From IMG/VR virus record IMGVR_UViG_3300032038_000016, positions 32,001 to 96,000 of that record: a DNA stretch of 64,000 nt; one strand, given 5' to 3'. Positions 49,901 through 57,070 of the stretch are shown piece after piece. Position 1 is the first letter of the stretch. Every line of letters begins with the position of its first letter. The stretch comes from a virus (Duplodnaviria > Caudoviricetes). The translations under genes were made by a program, and so were the position numbers. The notes beneath the pieces are model-generated. The model saw only the letters and a program-made list of their open reading frames with translations. It was not told where the DNA came from and ran no database searches.

Positions 49901-52900
49901 CCTTCTTCGGAACCAGAACCAGAGCCATCGCCGAGTCCTACCCCAACTCCTAATACTAATCCTAATACTAATCCTGGACAATCTCCTACCCCAACTCCTA
50001 ATACTAATCCTAATACTAATCCTGGACAATCTCCTACCCCAACTCCTAATACTAATCCTAATACTAATCCTGGACAATCTCCACAAATTGAACCAACTCC
50101 TACTCCTACACCAATTCCTGAACCTGGCACAAAACCTGATACAACACCTCAGCCACCCCCACCCGTTATTGATACAAATAGTGTTGGTTATCATCCATTA
50201 ACAGATGTAACTGGTGGTGGTGATTCACAAGGATCCTATGGTGGATTCATGAATATGGGTAAACGTGGATGTGGTCCATTAGCATTAGCTGATGCATTGG
50301 TTCGTCGTGGTAGCGGTAATGTCGATACACGTGCATTAACAAAATCAATGGCTGCTTCCGGTGCATATTCACAAACTCGTGGAACAAGTGTTGGTGGATT
50401 CATCAACTATGCAAGATCCATGGGTGTGGGATATCAAATTGGTGGTGTGACGAATAATTCGTTACGTCGTGCATCTCCAAATAATCCAATCACTCTCGTT
50501 GGTAGTGGCGGAGGATTTGGTACCAGAAATGGTAATAATCACTACATCAACGTGATTGGTACAGACGGTGCAGGTGGTGCATATGTATCTAACCCAATGA
50601 CTGGGCGGATTGAACGTCGTTCTGTTGGTGATTTAACTGCTGGATCAATTATGGGATTATATGGATCTGGTGATGTTGAGCCATATGACATTTATGATTT
50701 ATATGGTAATGGACCAACAACAGCCACATCTGCTATACAAGTTCAAACAAATTATGGATCTCCATCTCCGTATGGAACAAGCACAACAGTTGATGGTACG
50801 AGATATAGCTCATCTAATGCGACATACAATAGAATTAGTTCAAATCTTGCTTCACAAATCATTGCCTATGTTCCAAGTAGTACTCAAGAGGCGATTAATA
50901 CAGCATATAAGTTATGGGCTGCAAATAATAAAGATCACGTACAAACATACAATACAGCTGCAAAATGGTTAGCGAAACAAATACAAGACGGTGGTACAAC
51001 GGGATTATATTGGCCGATATTCACAGATGAAGAAAAAGCAGCAGTAAATGGCGCCGTTCTTAAAGCAATTTACGATACAAAGTTCAAATATGGCAATGTC
51101 ACATCAACAGAAACTGGAGAATCTGCCGGTACATTATCAGGTAGCACAAGTGGTGGATTAACTCAGAAAGAGGCAGCAAAGAGACTTGCTGAATTGAAAG
51201 TAAGTAATCCAGATCTATACAACCAACTTGTTGAAGCATACAATATGCAAGTAGCAAATGGTAAACTAAGTCCTGATTCACAACCAATGGATTGGTGGGT
51301 TGCTCATAATAGTGGGCAATTTGATCCCGAAAAGGGCAACTTTGAAACATTGGTAAAACTGTTATCAAGTTCCATAATAAGTAGCTATAATAAACCCGGT
51401 GGTTCATCAGGTAGTGAAGATGGAACCTCTGCAGATGGAACATCATATGCATCTAGTGGTGTTAGTGCTGGCTATAGCGGTGCTGGAATAGGATATGGTG
51501 TGCCTGGATTTACCGTCATTGGTGTCACAAACGGTGCTTCGGGAACATACAAAACGCAATATAGCGGTAAAGATGATGAACGTTATGTTGCTGAAAATGT
51601 TGATCCTGAATCATTAAAGAAAGAAGCAGGTAATCCATATCGTGCATTTGCAGAATCAATGAAGAAACTTCAGAATGTATTCAATAACATTTTGAATATC
51701 TTCACAGGTGGTAATAATAACAAAGTTCGTGACGTATTAGAAGAAGAAGCAAATAAGGAAAGTGAACAAACTTCTCGTGAGTATCTGGGTAATGAAGCAT
51801 ATGAAGAATATGAACCAGTGGCATACAAACTTTACCAAGATGAACATCCTCAAAATGCAAATGAATCTGATGAAAATTATGCAAAACGTTTACAAGGTGG
51901 CTGGACTGATGCTGTGAGACGGAAATACATGAAACGTGTTTCCAAGAATGATTTGAAGAAGACCAATGGTTTATATCAAACTTCCATGATTGATGCTGCT
52001 AATGGTGTATCATCATCTACATGGGGTGATTATGATAAAGAGCAAGGTCTTTGGACCAATAGCGCATTAGGCGGTATTAACTACAACGGTGTTGCAACTG
52101 TGAATGGTGGTATCGGTTCATTAATGATCAACTCTGGTGTTGGTGGTTCATCATATGCCGGAGGAGGAACTGGTGCTTTGTCAGGTGGAGCTACTGGTAC
52201 TGCTGCTAATGGCGGTACAATGGCATCTGGTGATGGAGCCATCATGGATACGAGTAGTTACACACAAGAAATTACAGATGTCAATATTCAAGCTGGAGCA
52301 ACCGGAATGCTACAGTCTCCAGTACATGAATTCTTCTCAAAAACTGGTGGTGCTGCTGTTGAATATGCAAGTAGCGGCGATCAAAACTGGTATGTTTATA
52401 GAGGTGGACCATTAGCCAATAATAAAGGTGAAGGTACAACATCAGATGTGCACAAAGGTATCGATATTTGGACAATTCCAAAAGACAAACGTGAAGGTGG
52501 CGCAGAACTGCATGCTATCACAGGAGGAACCGTTGTTGATGCTCGTGGTGGCGGTAAACGTGAAAGTGATAGTTCCAATAATGGTGGTTGGGGTAATACT
52601 GTTGCTTGGACAGATAGTGCTGGATATAAACATAGATATGCTCATATGTATGAAGATCCATCTGTTAAAGTTGGTGACACAATTGCACCTGGTCAATTAC
52701 TTGGTCATATGGGTGATACCGGTTATTCACGTGGATCTCATTTGCATTATCAAGTTGAAACAGCTTCAGGCCAACCTGTGAATCCATTAACATACTTCGA
52801 ATATCGTGCTCCATCACAACCGTTAACATCAAATAATTCTTCGTATGATTCAACATCAACTGTTGATGCAGATGAAGAGGGAAGAAATGCACTAGGTGCA

Positions 52901-55072
52901 GGTTCTGATTTGGAACAGAATCCAAATTCTGATTATTGGGCACCGTATGTTTGGAACTTCTTAAAGAGTGAAGGTTTCTCGGATGCTGGTGCTGCTGGTG
53001 TTATGGGTAACTTCTATCGAGAGAGTTTGATGATTCCTTATTTGGCCGAAGGAAAGGGTTATTCACCGCCATATCAAGGATCATGGGATTACACATTAAA
53101 AGCCGATGCAGGTGGTAGCTTCGTTGGCGATAGTGTCGGTTATGGTCTAGCGCAATGGACAAACAGCTCAAGAAAACAAACATTACTGAATAATGCAAAA
53201 TCAAACAATGTCTCAGTTGGTTCGTTAACAGCTCAATTTGCAACATTGAGAGAAGAATTAGCTGGTTCTGAAAAGGCTGCAGCATCCGTTAAAAACGATA
53301 CAGATCCTGTTACGGCTGCGAGAAATTGGCAGAAGTTATTTGAAAGAGCCGGTGTTGTTGCACAAGAAGATCGTGATAATGCAGCAAAGAAATACTTTGA
53401 ACAATTTAATGGTACAATGGGAACTGCTGCTAACGGTACTGGAGGACTGATGACTGGTGGCGGAGCAATGCCAATGCTTGGTAACGGATATCAATTCAAG
53501 AATGATGAATATCTTGATATATGGGATGACACAGCAATGTTGCAAACTCCTGAAAAACGTGGATTTGGTAGAGCTACTAGAAATGGTGGATTTATCAATT
53601 ATGCAACAGCTGCTGCTGGTGGCATCAAGAACAACTTCCAAGTTGATACAGACTTCTCACAAGCTACATTAGGTATCGTACAAGCTGGTGGATTATCCGG
53701 TGGAGGTGGTGCTGGCGGATACGGTGCTAGTGGCGCATTAGGCGGAACTGGTGTTACAGTATCTGGAAACGGTGGACAATTTGTCAATAGTTTAACAGCA
53801 GTCAATGTTGCTGCCAAATCTCAATTACAACGTACTTACGACGATAGTCATAGTTGGACAAAACTGAATTTGAATGGAAAAACATTATCAGGTAAAGTAG
53901 ACTGTACAGGTATGATCGAATTTGCATTAGATGATATGGGTTTGGAAAACTCATACAATTCAAATGCATTCGTTAGTGCTGCTGCATCAAATCAATATCC
54001 AATTAAAGACAAAAGTGGAAATCAATCAACCGCATTTATATCCATGCCATTCAATAAAGAATCAGTACAACTTGGTGATATTCTCGTTCGTAATGGACAT
54101 GGTGAAGTTGCTGCTGGTGTGTATAATGGTAAGATTTATGGTTGGAACTGGGGAAATGATGATGATATCGTTTATTCAGAAGATGTTTCCGAGAAGATTG
54201 CTGCTGGTGCAGATCCATTACAAGCATTTGTTGAAAATGGTCGTCCCACACTTGGTTCTCATACATATATCATACGTCCGAATGGTGGTGGCGGTGGTGG
54301 TACATCATCAACACAAACAACAGATGAAGAAGCATCATCATTATCTGCAGCATTGGGTGTAACTGGTTCAGGTGATTATGATGAATCGATTCCAGCAATT
54401 GATACAAATAAACTTATAGGATTCACAGGAAGTACTATTAGTCCAGAAGGTTCTTATGAAGAATATTATGAGCAGCAAGCATATGAATTGTACATGAGAG
54501 AGCATCCACAGAATAGTGGTGAATCTGATGAAAACTATGAGAAACGTTTACAAGCTGGATGGACTGACGATGTAAAACGGAAGTACATGAAACGTGTTTC
54601 CAAGGATGACTTGAAGAATAGAAACAGTTCATTTATGCAATATGCACAAATCACAAAACCAGATCATCCATCAATATTTGGAGACTATGATAAATCAACT
54701 GGAACATGGGATGATGCATTATTCAAACCTACTACCAATAAGACATCAATCATCAAAGCAGATAGAACAATTAACAACACCATCACAAATGTAGATGATC
54801 CAAAACCACAAGTTGTAAATAACACGACATATCAGATTCAGAAATCTGATAAGACAGATAATGAAAGAATGGAACGTTTGATGAACCATACATTCAATGT
54901 ATCTGCAAAACGTGTAGAAGATTTGTTAGAAAAGATCATTGACAAAATGGATACTATGACAGGAAAAAAAGAACCGGATATCACAGACGTATTGGGTTTG
55001 AACAATAACAATCAAAACCCATTCCCGAATGACGATATTCCGATGCAAATTCAAAGACTTTCAAAAGGATAA
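43952..55072 (+). CDS. tape measure protein / tail-associated lysin with C39-like, M23, phage-tail lysozyme and NlpC/P60-like domains
   Basis: Amphipathic TMP repeats; GCGPLA..NHYINV..SNP (C39-like); HKGID..YAHM..HLHY (M23); GAAGVMGNFYRES..GYGLAQWT..FER (tail lysozyme); DCTGM..GDILVRNGHGEV (NlpC/P60). Confidence 0.85.
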   Translation: MPNDKKKRNILAQTAWIAKEAGKESFLNDYTSNISQLAQDTKMISETLMAGKTKVRDVFTDMKQNGGKKFADWFFDRGDEFSDGDLSTDSDSDFDAGFDIDNGGEDSGPPSQILDADSMKGIARGQVSAMYNIAGKQAEAAMMNASQITSEINGRASEIITSINNLNKSVISISEKLDSLLKLQSAVAEANAEQTSQLSEGGGKQRGIYNEQGKVTLGSFFNYQKQRVSDMSDTVKMFLDPAQWSPATVLSSLIDMTGVKDKKIFGKSNGEGEHKDDNKVSYNEMMKTINDTLDVTLEKYLTKATEPPAWLKKIPGFDLFGGFIEDLFRGDRGDARRQANDRQSYITDTYNTKEAKFDGIVRQSIVEIIPGYLQQIVGALTGEDFHVDRHGHLSNKKESDVEKMQSFDTSVYSRSALDSDDRSDFLKGLKAETYTVANKDGGTQTKKNPYIEKMTASATDAAMQSFMFWAIQYFTEEHPRMEVIHGLKTPEFWQYISKNMSANIDIPGWNKDVIKFYIAQLRYQITNNDKSNVHTARIIRQACEAETKAKESFYANAAAKGQIENVPDLTPQNISKLLASKQDLQIETSNFNEERQKAIEDINAKTEERLKNGAIDETVGDRKFHIDQSAPRIGALKEKYEKELAEYKQALLDSMESSMTGADGKKLNFSEWQKQLEKKGQEDTSKMDTMSGILSKDAPIPKFHANVIGRLDTIIDLLGSSKKGKSKVYTKYRQARDAELAAEEAARKEAENATTIDTGNNDNTNNDNTNDNNGGDNKGGNKEDDSGGDDDEPPPIVREDPGFAKEMKSTISQFDIKGGLKEIISAPFAAVSSLFEKAKKKITKSPEDQSSNGNSNDEDKEEEKKEKQEKEQAEDAAVVQAASSVSTNLSQDGESDSKEKSLISSALDHIKNPGLKKIVKSIHAKGADAITEAQEKADKKGGIIGKLFGSGGLLAIAGKKLMDFVKNFIAKPFINIVGKPFLQFLKDGISHGFKNVKEGFSELFNIKKKDPEQVKKETDEEKTRKTIQDIIPAWLGSIKEAIENIGKPKPEQPTGGTNNTQENTESDGQNQETWYDKLKAKASGVKTKIGEKLFGTENNRTKLGGFVDNVKKNPVIGAIGKILGPLGKIALGVGQIIASVVMGFAAVKSFSKFVTNVLTKSLKGLEKGVSKILNAVKPIVTIIGNFISKISDFASKIVDSLSGILGTLMGVVGRVLTTILDSLTPFFDAILTVLDTVVDIVTPILDIIIEALSPILDTLGEFLSSVGDIMKDVLAPFVEIIGELLVPVLKLVAPYFELVTSVLSTVAKFISGTLKTTVVPILKTIANAVGLVADGIKRIIGFGKKILGGLISGIGRLMKGVGTLTFNKNLKQKGDELIKAGGDKVQEGQEKMNAADESFGKRIEKQKEIDRSSILNKEKQHEVGNAAAKEIGNLAGKAINTIPIVNVTNAVMDTDIGGAIGKTGANVVNAGRDLYYGSKIPDVDPTKVTGSGDEAIEYQSGVLEEIRDYVAVVPEMLTTGFKIFKPIIQLIATGIKAIAAPITIIAKIISVIAAPYAKLFSKIGNLLFGKNDDEQSGDGIHQTETMPKNGAIPKIDNSKIGEINIDVRGSGDTDISSDTQELINVFKPVSDDVLDVLIDIRNALVGGIGGGTSGDGSGKGKSSLPGGLIDSRTGSMYSDSMTGAGFGASQGSNIALASTPGSTSEFQDNTEGTYGEKILNTGGLNGVISNIRDNSVSVLKSVKEDRLGIFPVLSASLSPISATLMSFFSAFVKVYLPTFASLVNDIAMPLLKQFVKYHDDYTDFQYKIQLPMLSSVRVNMVPKIQSLLAQLEVLLGAMQSGMGQILAGQGMILIALNQPAMGETLFKAAGGLAAAGLNVMMSGVTAQANLVSKQLDNTNQPISELYEPQGTPENNGEEEPSEEPTPENTPQTEPSNPTNPTPTPEPTPQDEPQTEPSNPTNPTPSNPDGTSPDTTPSPSPSPSPSSEPEPEPSPSPTPTPNTNPNTNPGQSPTPTPNTNPNTNPGQSPTPTPNTNPNTNPGQSPQIEPTPTPTPIPEPGTKPDTTPQPPPPVIDTNSVGYHPLTDVTGGGDSQGSYGGFMNMGKRGCGPLALADALVRRGSGNVDTRALTKSMAASGAYSQTRGTSVGGFINYARSMGVGYQIGGVTNNSLRRASPNNPITLVGSGGGFGTRNGNNHYINVIGTDGAGGAYVSNPMTGRIERRSVGDLTAGSIMGLYGSGDVEPYDIYDLYGNGPTTATSAIQVQTNYGSPSPYGTSTTVDGTRYSSSNATYNRISSNLASQIIAYVPSSTQEAINTAYKLWAANNKDHVQTYNTAAKWLAKQIQDGGTTGLYWPIFTDEEKAAVNGAVLKAIYDTKFKYGNVTSTETGESAGTLSGSTSGGLTQKEAAKRLAELKVSNPDLYNQLVEAYNMQVANGKLSPDSQPMDWWVAHNSGQFDPEKGNFETLVKLLSSSIISSYNKPGGSSGSEDGTSADGTSYASSGVSAGYSGAGIGYGVPGFTVIGVTNGASGTYKTQYSGKDDERYVAENVDPESLKKEAGNPYRAFAESMKKLQNVFNNILNIFTGGNNNKVRDVLEEEANKESEQTSREYLGNEAYEEYEPVAYKLYQDEHPQNANESDENYAKRLQGGWTDAVRRKYMKRVSKNDLKKTNGLYQTSMIDAANGVSSSTWGDYDKEQGLWTNSALGGINYNGVATVNGGIGSLMINSGVGGSSYAGGGTGALSGGATGTAANGGTMASGDGAIMDTSSYTQEITDVNIQAGATGMLQSPVHEFFSKTGGAAVEYASSGDQNWYVYRGGPLANNKGEGTTSDVHKGIDIWTIPKDKREGGAELHAITGGTVVDARGGGKRESDSSNNGGWGNTVAWTDSAGYKHRYAHMYEDPSVKVGDTIAPGQLLGHMGDTGYSRGSHLHYQVETASGQPVNPLTYFEYRAPSQPLTSNNSSYDSTSTVDADEEGRNALGAGSDLEQNPNSDYWAPYVWNFLKSEGFSDAGAAGVMGNFYRESLMIPYLAEGKGYSPPYQGSWDYTLKADAGGSFVGDSVGYGLAQWTNSSRKQTLLNNAKSNNVSVGSLTAQFATLREELAGSEKAAASVKNDTDPVTAARNWQKLFERAGVVAQEDRDNAAKKYFEQFNGTMGTAANGTGGLMTGGGAMPMLGNGYQFKNDEYLDIWDDTAMLQTPEKRGFGRATRNGGFINYATAAAGGIKNNFQVDTDFSQATLGIVQAGGLSGGGGAGGYGASGALGGTGVTVSGNGGQFVNSLTAVNVAAKSQLQRTYDDSHSWTKLNLNGKTLSGKVDCTGMIEFALDDMGLENSYNSNAFVSAAASNQYPIKDKSGNQSTAFISMPFNKESVQLGDILVRNGHGEVAAGVYNGKIYGWNWGNDDDIVYSEDVSEKIAAGADPLQAFVENGRPTLGSHTYIIRPNGGGGGGTSSTQTTDEEASSLSAALGVTGSGDYDESIPAIDTNKLIGFTGSTISPEGSYEEYYEQQAYELYMREHPQNSGESDENYEKRLQAGWTDDVKRKYMKRVSKDDLKNRNSSFMQYAQITKPDHPSIFGDYDKSTGTWDDALFKPTTNKTSIIKADRTINNTITNVDDPKPQVVNNTTYQIQKSDKTDNERMERLMNHTFNVSAKRVEDLLEKIIDKMDTMTGKKEPDITDVLGLNNNNQNPFPNDDIPMQIQRLSKG
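49937..50080 (+). repeat. 3 x 48-nt perfect tandem repeat (PTPTPNTNPNTNPGQS) in Pro-rich linker
   Basis: Directly visible in the sequence. Confidence 0.9.
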
Positions 55073-55141
55073 AAAAGAAAAAAAAATATAAGACAGGCGA
55101 GGGAGAGGTATGTATCACCAATCTCCCTCATTCCGCCGGTC
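55071..55141 (-). terminator. long hairpin plus U-tract terminator (also ends the TMP transcript)
   Basis: GACAGGCG AGGGAGA GGT..ACC..TCTCCCT..CGCC GGTC stem next to an A-run on the + strand. Confidence 0.6.
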
Positions 55142-55149
55142 ATAATGTT

Positions 55150-55175
55150 GAGCAGTTTATAGACCTGCTCAGGTC
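55150..55175 (-). ncRNA. candidate compact H-type pseudoknot (3' UTR)
   Basis: GAC-CU-GAGCAG-GUC-UAUAAA-CUGCUC: S1 GAC/GUC, S2 GAGCAG/CUGCUC. Confidence 0.45.
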
Positions 55176-55195
55176 TGTTCCAGAATCGTGTTGGC

Positions 55196-55570
55196 TTACT
55201 TTACTTCGTTATAGATGCTAACCAATTCGTTGCCGATGGTTGCATAGTCAGAGTAAGTAACGTTTGTGCTGTGGTGATGTCCTGTGAGAACTTCCAACAT
55301 GTCACGGAGCTGCTTAGCCTCAGAGCCGTAGCCCTTAAAAGCTTTGCGAACTACATCCTGACCGAGGTCCCATGTGTCCATACCAAGTGTAGCGGCTCCC
55401 TCGACCATGTGCATGAGCATCACAAATGTCTGAGCATCCAGCGTAACACTAGATACCTCAACATTGCTCAGCAGACCATTCTTGTGGAACAGTCCATGGG
55501 AGTTAGCCTTTGTCAGCTCAACGCCGATTGCCTTGCCGTTTCTGTTTCTGAGAATTGTTACATGTGTCAT
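55196..55570 (-). CDS. hypothetical early protein
   Basis: ATG at 55570 after GAAAGGA; higher GC and host-like codon usage. Confidence 0.7.
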   Translation of the reverse strand: MTHVTILRNRNGKAIGVELTKANSHGLFHKNGLLSNVEVSSVTLDAQTFVMLMHMVEGAATLGMDTWDLGQDVVRKAFKGYGSEAKQLRDMLEVLTGHHHSTNVTYSDYATIGNELVSIYNEVK

Positions 55571-55623
55571 AATATTCCTTTCCCCTTTGAGCAATGCTCG
55601 CAGGCTACCATATGACGAGGTAG

Positions 55624-55652
55624 GTCGAGTTTCAAGCCGTCGACTCTAGGCT
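55624..55652 (-). ncRNA. candidate compact H-type pseudoknot (5' UTR)
   Basis: AGCC-UAGA-GUCGA-C-GGCU-UGAAAC-UCGAC: S1 AGCC/GGCU, S2 GUCGA/UCGAC. Confidence 0.4.
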
Positions 55653-55696
55653 AAATATAATATTTGATACAGATTGAAGTATTTCATTCTCTCTGT

Positions 55697-55721
55697 TCAT
55701 ATAAATTATATATATATGAAA
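55697..55721 (-). promoter_or_regulatory. putative phage early promoter
   Basis: TTTCATATATATATAATTTATATGA, 23/25 identical to 1101-1125. Confidence 0.6.
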
Positions 55722-55739
55722 AAATAAAAAAAATAGAAG

Positions 55740-55758
55740 CCCGCCCCAATGGGGCGGG
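55740..55758 (-). terminator. rho-independent terminator
   Basis: CCCGCCCC-ATT-GGGGCGGG followed by a T-rich tract on the minus strand. Confidence 0.75.
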
Positions 55759-55778
55759 ATACTCTTTAACATATTAAA

Positions 55779-56219
55779 TTACTTCTTGAATGCCTTGTTG
55801 TTACTCTTGATACGATATTCGTCATGTGCTTCTGTCACGGACTCGTAAGTCTCACCCTTGTGGGGGCCCATCTGGATTGTACCTGTGGATACGGATTCAT
55901 CCTTGTGGATCAGCTTCAATGTTGCGGGAGCAGTCTTGTCATCAACCGCAGGCAAATTAATTGCACGACCTGTCTCAGCCATATACTTAGCAATTGCATC
56001 GGGCATCTGTTCAGCCAAAGGTGTTACGTCAAAATCAGTAATTTCGTCAATGATGGCAAGCTCTGCTTCACAGCTGGGATAGTTAGCCTTCTTGATACCT
56101 GCCTTGAGTGTCTGGCGGAATGCCTGCTGGATCTCGGGGGTTGTACCACCCTGGTTGTTCACAGCCTTGTTGCCCCATTCGCACATAGCGGCGAGGGAAT
56201 GTGTACGTTCAGTAATCAT
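55779..56219 (-). CDS. highly expressed small protein, possibly a divergent HU/IHF-like DNA-binding protein
   Basis: AGGAGG RBS, strong codon bias; C-terminal half (AIAKYMAETGRAINLP..TLKL..GPHKGETY..AHDEYRIK) loosely follows the HU helix/beta-arm pattern. Confidence 0.4.
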   Translation of the reverse strand: MITERTHSLAAMCEWGNKAVNNQGGTTPEIQQAFRQTLKAGIKKANYPSCEAELAIIDEITDFDVTPLAEQMPDAIAKYMAETGRAINLPAVDDKTAPATLKLIHKDESVSTGTIQMGPHKGETYESVTEAHDEYRIKSNNKAFKK

Positions 56220-56279
56220 TGGAAAGTCCTCCTAATTAAATAGATTTTATTTATACAACACACCATACGGGATGTCATA

Positions 56280-56301
56280 CACTTGAATATTATATATGTG
56301 A
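56280..56301 (-). promoter_or_regulatory. putative phage early promoter
   Basis: TCACATATATAATATTCAAGTG fits TCAnATATATAwwATTnAnnTG. Confidence 0.5.
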
Positions 56302-56314
56302 TTTAATAAAATAA

Positions 56315-56506
56315 TCACATTGAGATTGCACATTCTTGAATACCAATTGATGCAACTAAATCTTCTTCATGCATCTCTGATCCAGTCAGTAAGTTAATCA
56401 CAATCATTCCTTTGCGGATAAACTTTAATACATCTTCTGTTGAAGCATTCATAAAGTCCGCAATATGATTGTGTGACTGATCAAGAATCTGTACGTTGTA
56501 ATTCAT
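56315..56506 (-). CDS. small hypothetical protein
   Basis: AAGAGGTG RBS before ATG at 56506. Confidence 0.6.
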   Translation of the reverse strand: MNYNVQILDQSHNHIADFMNASTEDVLKFIRKGMIVINLLTGSEMHEEDLVASIGIQECAISM

Positions 56507-56573
56507 AGTAATCACCTCTTTTATTGTTTACTAGTACTGATTGTATCTCTCATGTTACTGTACATGTGGATAT

Positions 56574-56975
56574 TTATTCCAAATATGGTGTAAAGAATCC
56601 GACGATCATCCCATGTGTAATCGCCAGACTATCGATTGGAATCGGAACAATCTCTAAGATGACATAATCATTATCAATCGCATAATAATGTTCATGAACG
56701 AATTGTGTCAATTTACTCCACATATTTGAGAATAAGTTTGGGTCTGTTTTTAAATCTAACATTTCTTGGAATGGATCTTGTAACAATAAGAAGTTTGTTA
56801 ATTGCTGTTCTTCCATATCAAACCATGGGAACTTTGATTGAAAAGATCTCATTAAATATAATGTAAACATATCCAGCAATTGTCGATTCAGATCACGATT
56901 TGTTTTTCGATAACATTCATAATACTGATACAGCATTAATGAACACATCTTCATTATCTCATGTGATTGTATCAT
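56574..56975 (-). CDS. hypothetical protein
   Basis: GGGAGG RBS before ATG at 56975. Confidence 0.65.
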   Translation of the reverse strand: MIQSHEIMKMCSLMLYQYYECYRKTNRDLNRQLLDMFTLYLMRSFQSKFPWFDMEEQQLTNFLLLQDPFQEMLDLKTDPNLFSNMWSKLTQFVHEHYYAIDNDYVILEIVPIPIDSLAITHGMIVGFFTPYLE

Positions 56976-56990
56976 AGTATCAACCTCCCT

Positions 56991-57012
56991 CAATTAAACA
57001 ATATGTATGTGA
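56991..57012 (-). promoter_or_regulatory. putative phage early promoter (2 mismatches)
   Basis: TCACATACATATTGTTTAATTG, directly after a terminator. Confidence 0.45.
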
Positions 57013-57027
57013 GAGAATGTAAAAAGA

Positions 57028-57047
57028 AGTGGGCCAATTGGCCCACT
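57028..57047 (-). terminator. rho-independent terminator
   Basis: AGTGGGCC-AATT-GGCCCACT followed by TCTTTTT on the minus strand. Confidence 0.75.
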
Positions 57048-57070
57048 CCTCTACTATATTAACAACCGTA

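Noticed and set aside
55075-55700. tRNA genes in the GC-richer intergenic DNA
   Set aside because: No cloverleaf with D and T arms could be built.
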